Positions 17,664-25,811 of a stretch of DNA of 28,943 bases are shown piece by piece. The DNA is taken from assembly GCA_964570645.1 (NCBI GenBank), contig CAZNAK010000001.1:1-28943 (forward strand), written 5' to 3'. How positions within the stretch are numbered: position 1 is the stretch's first letter; every line of letters starts with the position of its first letter. Both the position numbers and the translations under genes were made by a program. The DNA comes from an uncultured Cytophagales bacterium (lineage in GTDB: Bacteria; Bacteroidota; Bacteroidia; Cytophagales; Bernardetiaceae). Below the pieces are notes generated by a model. That model did not search any database. It worked only from the letters and a program-made list of their open reading frames with translations, and was not told the origin of the DNA.

Positions 17664-18218
17664 TTACTTCATAGTCGGAATGGTGACGGTAACTTTAAGA
17701 GAAAAAAATTTGAGTTCGTCGTTAATTGTTTCCATTTCATAGATGAGTGGGTTTCCTGTTTTTTTGCGCATGTCAATAAAACCAAGCCCAGCCCCTCCTC
17801 TTTCAGAAAGTTTCATGACTTCCTTCAATCGCTTTCGATAAGCGTCTTTTATTTCTGCTTTATCCATTGCGTTTAGGGTCTCAATTTTTGAGGTAATTTT
17901 TTCAACCTCGCCTACCTCCACAGGATTTCCTGTCGTAATAACATAAGCGTCATCGCGCTTTCCCAGTAGAAAAATAGCGTTTTTCTTTCCGTATTTCTCC
18001 TGATTAAACTCAGAAGAATGTCGGTAGATATTTTGAAGAGCTTCCATCATGACGTTGAAAACCTTCCTTTTGATCTTAGATTCTTCTCCAAAAGAATCCA
18101 TGTTCCGTTCTGCCATTGCTAAGACAGACTTCGTGATTTCTTGAGAAAATTCGCCTTCATATACAAGCAACAACTGCTGCTTTAGCATAGTCCGATGAAG
18201 ATCATAAATATATTTCAT
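17664..18218 (-). CDS. siaB: SiaB-family (DUF6272) GHKL-type protein kinase
   Basis: Preferred ATG at 18218 (MKYIYDLH). YEGEFSQE, KRKVFNVMMEALQNI..H (N-box), TGN, SERGGAGLGFIDM..K.G (G-box). Confidence 0.9.
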   Translation of the reverse strand: MKYIYDLHRTMLKQQLLLVYEGEFSQEITKSVLAMAERNMDSFGEESKIKRKVFNVMMEALQNIYRHSSEFNQEKYGKKNAIFLLGKRDDAYVITTGNPVEVGEVEKITSKIETLNAMDKAEIKDAYRKRLKEVMKLSERGGAGLGFIDMRKKTGNPLIYEMETINDELKFFSLKVTVTIPTMK

Positions 18219-18261
18219 GAGCAAAATGTCGGTTAGCGAGCGTTTTGGACGCGAATCTAAT

Positions 18262-18280
18262 ATTCAGGATATTCCTGAAT
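18262..18280. promoter_or_regulatory. Palindrome, candidate operator upstream of siaB
   Basis: ATTCAGGA-tat-TCCTGAAT (perfect 8-bp arms); an extra TTCAGGA half-site at 18302-18308. Confidence 0.4.
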
Positions 18281-18502
18281 TGTAAGCAAGGTAAAACAAA
18301 GTTCAGGAAGAGACAATCTTTTTTAGAAAAAGTAGTAAAAAAGCCTGTTTTCCTAAAAATGCAGCTACAAGTACAGTACCAGAAGGTCGAAAACTAAGAT
18401 AAAGTTGAAAAATTAGTCTTGCGTAATTCGAGGAGTGTTTGTTAAGCTCCTAAAAAAATCAAAACATCCGACTTTTCGGCGTTATACTTCGTATATTATA
18501 AC

Positions 18503-19138
18503 ATGAAAAAGATTTCACAACTTACGTTCTTATTTCTTTTTGTAGGTGCGGCAACAGCTTTTGCACAAGGTGAAAAACAAACTATCCGTTTCTCTGGGCT
18601 TGTCGTGGAAGGGGATAGTATGAGCCCAATCGTTGGTGCGCACGTCTATTTACCGAAAATTGGAAAGGGAACGATTACCAACCCTTACGGATATTTTTCG
18701 CTTCAGGTACGACCAGGAGACTTAGTCATCATTTCTTCGATTACGTACGAGCCACAAGAAATCCTGATCCCACCGACCAGCGAACCCAATTACTCGTTAT
18801 TGATTGACCTCAAGAAAGATACGACTATTCTGGAGGAGATCGTTATTTATCCTTATCCCGATGAAGAGGCTTTTAAGGAGGCATTTCTGGCAATGAACAC
18901 CTTAACTATTGAAGAAGAGAATTTACGGCGAAACTTAGACCCTGAACGCATACGTGAATATGCGTACAGAGCACCAATGGGAGCAACGGCAAACTACACC
19001 TATGCGATGGATCAGCAAATCAACGCCATTACAAATAGATTCACGATCCCGACAACGCAGTACCTCAACCCGATAGCATGGGCGAAATTCATCAAAGATG
19101 TGCGAGCTGGGAAATACAAAAAGAGGAAAAAGAAATAG
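18503..19138 (+). CDS. Secreted carboxypeptidase-regulatory-like domain protein
   Basis: Signal peptide (AFA|Q); IRFSGLVVEGDS..PIVGAHV...GTITNPYGYFSL...D...SSITY; LEEIVIYPYP..E.FKEAF; basic tail. Confidence 0.85.
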   Translation: MKKISQLTFLFLFVGAATAFAQGEKQTIRFSGLVVEGDSMSPIVGAHVYLPKIGKGTITNPYGYFSLQVRPGDLVIISSITYEPQEILIPPTSEPNYSLLIDLKKDTTILEEIVIYPYPDEEAFKEAFLAMNTLTIEEENLRRNLDPERIREYAYRAPMGATANYTYAMDQQINAITNRFTIPTTQYLNPIAWAKFIKDVRAGKYKKRKKK

Positions 19139-19154
19139 TAGTGGATTAAAGTTA

Positions 19155-19189
19155 CACCTCAAGAGATTAAAGATCGCTTGAGGTGCTTT
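19155..19189. terminator. Intrinsic terminator between convergent genes
   Basis: CACCTCAAG-a-GAT-taaag-ATC-g-CTTGAGGTG followed by CTTTT, between the stops at 19138 (+) and 19198 (-). Confidence 0.65.
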
Positions 19190-19197
19190 TAAGGCAC

Positions 19198-20883
19198 TTA
19201 GACCTGATTTGCTTCGTCCATTTCCTTGAGTTTACGACGTAAAATCTTACCTACGTTTGATTTCGGCATTTTTTCTGCCTCGATAAAGGCATAGTGTCGA
19301 GGTACTTTGTAGCCCGTTAAGTGCTTTTTACAATGTGCTTTCACGTCTGCTGCGGTCAGTCCTTCCTCTTTTGCTACGATGTAAACTTTTACGGCTTCCC
19401 CAGATTTCTCATCGGGAACGCCAATCGCTGCTACTTCCATCACGCCAGTGTGCAAAGCAACAGCATCCTCTACCTCATTCGGATAAACATTAAAACCTGA
19501 AACTAAGATCATGTCTTTTTTGCGATCCACGATCTTGAAAAATCCATTGGGAAGCATAACGGCAATGTCCCCTGTTTTGAGCCAGCCATCCTCGGTGAGT
19601 ACTCCTTCCGTAGCTTCGGGACGCTTCCAATAGCCTTTCATGACTTGTGGACCTTTACCCCAAAGCTCGCCGCGTTCGCCCTCAGGAACGGGATTACCCT
19701 CATCATCTGCGATGCGTATCTCGGTCGAAGGCATCGGCAGTCCAATCGTTCCATTCTCTTCTGACCCATCCACTGGATTGCAACATAAAACGGGTGAAGC
19801 TTCGGTGAGTCCATAACCCTCTACTAGAGGTACGCCTGTGGTTTGTTGCCAACGGTCGGCAACGGCTTTTTGAACCGCCATACCGCCGCCAACGCAAAGT
19901 TTCAGTGCGCTGAAGTCCACCTCTTTAAAGTCAGGTTGATTTAAAAGCCCATTAAATAAGGTGTTTACTCCTGTAAAAGCAGTGAACTTGTGCTTTTTTA
20001 GCTCCTTAACGAAGCCTGGCATATCCCGCGGGTTGGTAATCAGTACGTTTCTGGCACCAAAGGCCGTAAAAGCAAAACAGTTTACTGTCAGACAAAAGAT
20101 ATGATACATTGGCAGGGCCGTAATCATCGTTTCTTCGCCCTCCTTTGCACGAATATGCATCCAACCTTTGATCTGCTGCATATTGGCGATCATATTACGG
20201 TGTGTCAGTTCGGCGCCCTTTGCCACGCCTGTCGTTCCGCCCGTATATTGAATGAAAGCATTGTCACTACTCTTGACCGTTACGGGGCTGAAAGAGCCGC
20301 TGCTTCCTCTTGAAAGTGCATCGCGAAAAGAAATGGAGCGTGGAAGGCTGTACGCTGGCACCATTTTCTTGATGTTTTTTACGACAAAATTGGTGATTTG
20401 ACGCTTCGGGAAGCCCATCATATCCCCAATATCTGTTACGATAACTGTCTCGATGGAAGTTCTAGGAAGCACTTCCTCAAGTTTACTGGCAAAGTTTGAT
20501 AAGACAACGATAGCCTTTACATCCGCATCCGTAAACTGATGTTCCATTTCATGAACGGTGTAGAGCGGGTTGGTATTCACGATGATCATACCAGCACGTA
20601 ATGCCCCAAAAAGGGCGATAGGGTACTGCAATAGGTTAGGCATCTGGATGGCAATACGATCACCAGGCTCAAGGTTGGTATGGTTTTGCAAAAAGCTGGC
20701 AAAGTCCTTTGAGTGTTGATCTAACTGACTGTATGTCAGCGAAGTACCCATGCAGTAAAAAGATTCTTTGCTAGCAAACTTTTTGAAGCTTTCCTCCAAC
20801 ATATCCACTAACGAATTATACTGATCAGCATTAATTTCATGCGAAACATTTTCAGGATAACGTTCTAGCCAAGGCTTATTCAT
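19198..20883 (-). CDS. fadD: Long-chain fatty acid--CoA ligase
   Basis: AMP-binding motifs YTGGTTGVAKG, EGYGLTEASP, TGDIA, DRKKDMILVSGFNVYPNEVE, PKSNVGKILRR; FadD-type N-terminus (W...YP..V..EI). Confidence 0.93.
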   Translation of the reverse strand: MNKPWLERYPENVSHEINADQYNSLVDMLEESFKKFASKESFYCMGTSLTYSQLDQHSKDFASFLQNHTNLEPGDRIAIQMPNLLQYPIALFGALRAGMIIVNTNPLYTVHEMEHQFTDADVKAIVVLSNFASKLEEVLPRTSIETVIVTDIGDMMGFPKRQITNFVVKNIKKMVPAYSLPRSISFRDALSRGSSGSFSPVTVKSSDNAFIQYTGGTTGVAKGAELTHRNMIANMQQIKGWMHIRAKEGEETMITALPMYHIFCLTVNCFAFTAFGARNVLITNPRDMPGFVKELKKHKFTAFTGVNTLFNGLLNQPDFKEVDFSALKLCVGGGMAVQKAVADRWQQTTGVPLVEGYGLTEASPVLCCNPVDGSEENGTIGLPMPSTEIRIADDEGNPVPEGERGELWGKGPQVMKGYWKRPEATEGVLTEDGWLKTGDIAVMLPNGFFKIVDRKKDMILVSGFNVYPNEVEDAVALHTGVMEVAAIGVPDEKSGEAVKVYIVAKEEGLTAADVKAHCKKHLTGYKVPRHYAFIEAEKMPKSNVGKILRRKLKEMDEANQV

Positions 20884-20918
20884 AGAGTATTTGTGCGTTT
20901 AGTGTGTTTAGATAAGAT

Positions 20919-20926
20919 CAAATATA
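20919..20926 (-). promoter_or_regulatory. Candidate -7 box (TATATTTG) for fadD
   Basis: Plus-strand CAAATATA is TAnnTTTG on the minus strand, 35 nt upstream of the ATG at 20883. Confidence 0.5.
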
Positions 20927-21104
20927 CTAAGAAATAGTACCAAATGAGTACCTGACCATTTAAAATTTGGGATAGCGCTCATTAGGTACCAAGTAAATTT
21001 GGTGTTTTTGACTTATCTCTTATCTTAGAAGACCTGCTGTTAGGTGATGAATACGACTCTAAGTAATGCCTCTGCGTATCAGGATTACCTGATTGTAGAT
21101 AGTA

Positions 21105-21527
21105 TTATTTTCTCACTAACTCTCCTGAAAATTCTGCGGACTGTTCGTTATTTGCCTCCACGGTAACATGAAGGTCTATGGTAGCGGGTATTTCCTGACG
21201 CAGAATCTCCCAGATTCGCATCGCCATACGTGGTGGGGTGGGGACAGTATGATTAAAATCATTGAGGTCGAGGTAGAGGTTTTTATGATCGAAGCGTTCC
21301 TCTACTTTATCCTTAACAAGCTGCTTGAGTTTAGCAAAAGAGAACACCTCTCCCGTACGCGGATTCATTTCTCCTGTCAGCCGTACGGTAAAGTTATAGT
21401 TATGTCCTTTGTAAGCGGGAGAATCTTGCGTACCAAAGACTTCATGATTGACCTGAGCACTCCAATTCGGGTTGTGCGTCGTGTAGAGGGCATTGAAGTG
21501 TGCTTTATGAGAAATCGTTACTCGCAT
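21105..21527 (-). CDS. 6-pyruvoyl-tetrahydropterin synthase/QueD-like T-fold protein with degenerate active site
   Basis: Scaffold matches PTPS (HFNA, NPNWS...N.EVFG, GHNY...V..TGE..P.TG, ERFDHKNL.LD), but AAHRL reads ALYTT, GKC reads GTQ, HGHNY reads KGHNY, TAEN reads TPPR and YET reads EAN. Verified against the DNA; ORF intact. Confidence 0.85.
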   Translation of the reverse strand: MRVTISHKAHFNALYTTHNPNWSAQVNHEVFGTQDSPAYKGHNYNFTVRLTGEMNPRTGEVFSFAKLKQLVKDKVEERFDHKNLYLDLNDFNHTVPTPPRMAMRIWEILRQEIPATIDLHVTVEANNEQSAEFSGELVRK

Positions 21528-21574
21528 AGGAAAAAATGGTTATGAAATATCTCCCTTCTTTGAGGGCTGGAAGG

Positions 21575-22681
21575 CTAGAAATCGCGACGAATATTTTTTA
21601 GTTTCCCATCTACGCTCAATTTGTCCTTGAGCTGTTTCATGGCATCCTCCGCACGCTTGCGTCCCCAGTAGTTTCCATATAACACATGAAACGTAATATC
21701 GTTGTACTGATCGACCAAAATATAGGCTTCACGAAAATCCTCTGCTGCTAATTCATCACAAAACTCCTGTGCCCCTTCCATGTCAGGGAAGTAATTTAGA
21801 TGAACTACCCAATTCTTCTTATCAACGCGATGCCCACGCGAGTTATAAATAAAGTCGTTCATGGGATCAAAAGGTACATATTCGGGGTAGTATGCTGTTG
21901 CTTCCAGAAGCTCTCCCTCTGCGTCTTTTAGCGGAATAAACCAGTCGGTCTGCAAGACCGTAAAAGCAGAAATATCTTCATCTTCTGGGGCCACGTAGAT
22001 ATAGTATGGAGTGCCATTGTCACGAAAAATCTCCTCAGACTCGCCGTCTTTCATGGCATAAGCGGTAATCAATACATTGGATTTTGGGTCTTTATCCTCC
22101 TCAGAGACGATATAACTTTCGGGTGACTTGGGCGCAAGTGCCACAAAGTCAATCTGCCCATCTTGATTGAAGTCCCCAAAAGAAGCGGGACCTGCAAAAA
22201 TGCTAGCAAACGAATAGGGCTGAATATTATCTGGGTCTGTCACATCATAGAGGTTGTAGCAGCGATAGCGGCACGAGTTTACACAATCTTCTCGAAATGC
22301 AAAAAAACAGATATACTTACGTTCGAGGTAAGTAAACTCATAGATGTCCATGAAAGCACTTAAATATTTGACCGTAGAACGTTCTGGACTACAATAAAAG
22401 TTAAATTCCTGCCCATTGATGAGTAAGCCCGTAGGATTCGGACTAAGAATTGGGTGGCTACCTTCAATGTAAATCTGATATACCTCCAAGGAATCTACGT
22501 AAGTTGCATCATAAGATTGAAGGCTAGTATCACCTTGCTCCTTAAAACTATTTACTTTGAGGTGCTTGCTGATCCTTATAGCTTGCTGATTGAGATCTTC
22601 AAGGGAAAAGGTAGTCTGTGCCCCTGAGGAGGCGTAAAAAAAATAAAACAGCGGGAGGAGAAATATAATTTTTTTCATCAT
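21575..22681 (-). CDS. Secreted protein with Dx[DN]xDG (FG-GAP-like) motif and C-terminal SPOR-like domain, paralog A
   Basis: Signal peptide (SGA|Q); FGDFNQDGQIDF; C-terminal beta-alpha-beta-beta-alpha-beta WVVHL..F...EGA...DEL.......YI......FHV..GNY..R..A...L. Confidence 0.8.
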   Translation of the reverse strand: MMKKIIFLLPLFYFFYASSGAQTTFSLEDLNQQAIRISKHLKVNSFKEQGDTSLQSYDATYVDSLEVYQIYIEGSHPILSPNPTGLLINGQEFNFYCSPERSTVKYLSAFMDIYEFTYLERKYICFFAFREDCVNSCRYRCYNLYDVTDPDNIQPYSFASIFAGPASFGDFNQDGQIDFVALAPKSPESYIVSEEDKDPKSNVLITAYAMKDGESEEIFRDNGTPYYIYVAPEDEDISAFTVLQTDWFIPLKDAEGELLEATAYYPEYVPFDPMNDFIYNSRGHRVDKKNWVVHLNYFPDMEGAQEFCDELAAEDFREAYILVDQYNDITFHVLYGNYWGRKRAEDAMKQLKDKLSVDGKLKNIRRDF

Positions 22682-22748
22682 CGTAATGGTCTTGTTATGC
22701 TTACGTTACAAAATCAATACCGTACAAATCAGCATATACCCTTTTTTA

Positions 22749-23843
22749 TTAGAAATTCTTACGGACGTTTAAAACTTTTCCATTTACGCCGAAGTCATTT
22801 CTTAGCTTTTTGTGCATCTCATCTGTTTTTTCTCGATCCCAATAATTACCTACCATGACCATAAAAGTCAGATCGCGATTATATTGATCAATCATTACGT
22901 AAACGTCGTTAATTCCCTCTGCGGCAAGGTCATCTGCCATAGACAAAGCACCGTCAATATCCGTAAAATCCGCTACGTGGACGACCCAGTTTCGCTTTTC
23001 TACCCGAAACCCTTCTGGATTGTACAAGAAGTTATTGCGCGGATCGAAAGAGATGTAAGGTGGGAAATAGGGCTCTGCTTCCAGCGTATTGCCTTCTTTG
23101 TCTTTAAAAGGAAAGAACCAGTCCGCCTCAACGACATTGAAGCTTGATATTTGGTCGTCTGATGACTCCAGAAATATATAGTAAGCACTACCTTCTTTCT
23201 TTAATTGCTCAATTTTACCATCTTGAATCGTGTAAACGGTAGTCAGGCAGTATGATTCTGCATTTTCACGTTGCTGATCTGTTAGGTCTGAGGTAGGCTT
23301 TGGCACCGTACGAACAAAGTCGATTACGCCATCACTGTTAAAGTCTCCAAAAGAAGAGATTTCCCCAAAAATACTGGCAAAAGAGTAGCTCTTCACTTGG
23401 TTAGGGTTTGTAATATCGAACACATTAAAACAACGGTAGCGGCATCCCTTCAGCATACAGTCCTCACGGAACGAAAAGAAATTCAGGTATTTACGTCCCA
23501 GATAAGTAAACTCGTAAATATCCAAAAACATACTCGTACTGATTTTTTTGGACATCTCGACATTACAATAAAACCCCAGGTCCTGCCCATTGATTCTGAG
23601 TCCCATCGGGTTGGGATTCAGAATATGATGATACTGCTCTCCGTGTACAAAATAAAGCTTGAAAGGAACCGTAGCATTGGCATAAATGGTAAAAGTAGTG
23701 TCACCAACTTCCTCGATACCTGTTGCTTGCGGACGCTGTGCGATGCGCGCTGGTTCCTGAGAAATTTTTTCAAACGTGTAATTTTGTGCGCTTAATGGAA
23801 GGCAAAGAATGAAAAAGGCGAAGAAAAAGGATAGTATTTTCAT
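22749..23843 (-). CDS. Secreted protein with Dx[DN]xDG motif and C-terminal SPOR-like domain, paralog B
   Basis: Signal peptide (LSA|Q). Colinear with paralog A over its full length (ILNPNPMGLRING, DIYEFTYL..KY, FREDC...CRYRC, YSFASIF, FGDFNSDG.IDF, DWF.P.KD.EG, FDP.N.F.YN..G.RV.K.NWVVH, DQYN, GNYW). Confidence 0.8.
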   Translation of the reverse strand: MKILSFFFAFFILCLPLSAQNYTFEKISQEPARIAQRPQATGIEEVGDTTFTIYANATVPFKLYFVHGEQYHHILNPNPMGLRINGQDLGFYCNVEMSKKISTSMFLDIYEFTYLGRKYLNFFSFREDCMLKGCRYRCFNVFDITNPNQVKSYSFASIFGEISSFGDFNSDGVIDFVRTVPKPTSDLTDQQRENAESYCLTTVYTIQDGKIEQLKKEGSAYYIFLESSDDQISSFNVVEADWFFPFKDKEGNTLEAEPYFPPYISFDPRNNFLYNPEGFRVEKRNWVVHVADFTDIDGALSMADDLAAEGINDVYVMIDQYNRDLTFMVMVGNYWDREKTDEMHKKLRNDFGVNGKVLNVRKNF

Positions 23844-23852
23844 GTTGATAGA

Positions 23853-24637
23853 TTAGTTGGCTCCCTCGGGGCGCACAAGCCGATAGTTGGTTGACTCGGA
23901 ACGTCGTCCGTCAGGAAAGCTGAAATAAATCTCAAAGTCAATAAAAGTGCTAATTCCAAAGAATACAGTTAAATAATAAGAAAGTTTTCCATTTCGGAGG
24001 GTAATTCGTTCTTCCTCAGCTCCCGGCGTTCCTTTTCTGATGAGTTCATTCTGTCCGCTGCTATACCGTCCGATGATGACCAGTTCCACGTCATTTGTGA
24101 TTGCGCCGCTTGGATCTTCATAGTCAAACTCCTGAAAGAAAATAGTCGCCGAGTCGCCGTTGTCCCCAAATGGGCGTGAGTTAATACCCTCTGGAAAGGT
24201 AAGGGAAATATTTTGATCGCTGATGCTAGGTGCCGGGTTGCTACGTCCCGAGAGTTGAATTTTAATGATTGGGTTGTCCGCATCATTGGTAAAGAAGGCG
24301 AGTCTCGCCGTTTGGTCGCCAAAGGTTTGGGGCGCAAAAGTCACCGTAAAGGATGCATTTTCACCTTCAGCAACACTTCGCCCACGCTGTTCTCGTTATC
24401 TACCGTGACCCGTCCTATCTCTAAAGTTCCAGTCCCGACGTTGGTTACCGTAAAGTTGGCACTAAAAGTCTGTCCAAAATCTACGCTCGGAAAGTTTACC
24501 GTCTGCGCGGTAGAGTCTCCACGGATCGCAAGTGTTGTTCCTCGCAACTGGAGGGCAGGCTCTCCGCCCGACTCATATCCCGTCACACAAGCTGTCAGGG
24601 AAATACAAAAGAGGAAAATCAATGCTCTTATATACAT
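23853..24637 (-). pseudogene. Frameshifted lipoprotein with an Ig-like ASH/choice-of-anchor-D-type domain (split into the 98-aa and 163-aa track ORFs)
   Basis: Lipobox LTAC at the 24637 start. The first half of the Ig-like domain (FPSVDFGQ..ANFTVTNVGTGTLEI..VTV) is in one frame. The second half (SVAEGENASFTVTFAPQTFGDQTARL.F.TND.DNP) is in the -1 frame from about 24385, upstream of the track's GTG at 24344. A 1-nt (or 3n+1) loss near 24380-24395 restores one ORF of about 260 aa. Confidence 0.75.
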
Positions 24638-24760
24638 AGCGTTCTATTCATTTGCTCGATAGTAAAAGCGAAAAAGTAGGGTAATTATTGCAAGCACTTA
24701 CATTATCCCAATATATAGCTTTTATCGCTGCAATTCCATTTTTTCCTGTTTTCGTTTTAT

Positions 24761-25753
24761 TTATCCCTTCCATCCCCGATACGCCCGAATCAAGCCTGCG
24801 GGGAGTAAACGCGTCCGGCGGAGGGTTTCGGGGAGTTGTGGGTTGGAAAAGAAAAAGTCAGGAGCCTCTTGTCTTAACCACTCGAGCCGCTTTCTTGCCT
24901 CCGAAAGTTCAAGCCCTGCGTAGTAAAACTTGATTTGGCTTACCAGATTCTCCAAAACAGCATATTTAATTTCGTCGGTATGAATACGCTTTGAAAACGG
25001 ATAACGATCTTTGGTTTCTTCTTTTGGGAGAAGTCCCGCTAAGGTAAGTTTTGGTATCCAACTTTTTCCAGCCTCAACCGAAAGCAAGAGCTTTTGTAAT
25101 GTACGTGCATAGTCCCGGGCAAAACGCACCTGAAACTGGGTGGATTTACTGGTAGGGTGGAAAAGATATTTTGCTAAGGTCTGATCTAGGTAGTCAACCT
25201 TTCCTTCAAGGGCGACAAAGAGAAAAAAATCATAGTCCATACCATAATGCAGGTCTTGTCTCAAGTACCCGCCGTACTTTTCAAGAATACGCCGCGAAAA
25301 AAACGAGGCGGGTTGCGCAAAAGACATCCCTCCAAGTAGCTTTCTGGTGTTGCTTTGCGGTTTGCTGAGTTTTTCAGCTCCTGTTTCGTACAGCATTAGG
25401 CAGTTTCCATACACTAGGTCGAGTTCGGTTTTTTTTGCGAAAAGCCGTCCGACCGTCTCTAGTGCTCCCGGCGTGAGTTGGTCATCGCTATTCAGCCACG
25501 TAAGTACTTCTCCCGTTGCCTGAGACAGCCCTTTATTGATAGCATGACTCTGTCCCTGATCGGACTCACTCACCCAGCCCGTTAAACCCTCGGTACGTTG
25601 AAGTATCGGGATAGTATCATCCGTACTGCCTCCATCTACAACAAAATGCTCCACATCTTGGTAGTCCTGTTCCCTGACTGAAGCTAGCGTTTTGGGTAAG
25701 TATTTACCTTGATTAAAGGAAGGCGTAATAATCGAAATCTTGGGTAGGTGCAT
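24761..25753 (-). CDS. Glycosyltransferase family 2
   Basis: PKISIITPSFNQG.Y...L.SV..QDY, VVDGGSTD, SE.D.GQSHAINKG, WLNSDD, F.QP..F, MDYD. Preferred ATG at 25753 (the track's 25765 is TTG). Confidence 0.92.
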   Translation of the reverse strand: MHLPKISIITPSFNQGKYLPKTLASVREQDYQDVEHFVVDGGSTDDTIPILQRTEGLTGWVSESDQGQSHAINKGLSQATGEVLTWLNSDDQLTPGALETVGRLFAKKTELDLVYGNCLMLYETGAEKLSKPQSNTRKLLGGMSFAQPASFFSRRILEKYGGYLRQDLHYGMDYDFFLFVALEGKVDYLDQTLAKYLFHPTSKSTQFQVRFARDYARTLQKLLLSVEAGKSWIPKLTLAGLLPKEETKDRYPFSKRIHTDEIKYAVLENLVSQIKFYYAGLELSEARKRLEWLRQEAPDFFFSNPQLPETLRRTRLLPAGLIRAYRGWKG

Positions 25754-25777
25754 AGTAGCCGACAAGTTAGGATTTTG

Positions 25778-25785
25778 TAGTTTTG
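25778..25785 (+). promoter_or_regulatory. Candidate -7 box (TAGTTTTG) for ugd
   Basis: TAnnTTTG match 26 nt upstream of the ATG at 25812, followed by an A-rich leader. Confidence 0.5.
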
Positions 25786-25811
25786 GGAGAAATTAAAAAA
25801 CAAGTAATTTT

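Noticed and set aside
360-18372. TGCAGCTAC(C)AAGT shared between 360-373 and 18360-18372
   Set aside because: There are only two copies, they are non-palindromic, and a 9-bp exact core is expected by chance among the intergenic DNA.
23853-24344. 163-aa ORF as an independent gene
   Set aside because: It starts in the middle of an Ig-like domain with no signal peptide; it is better explained as the 3' half of the frameshifted lipoprotein.
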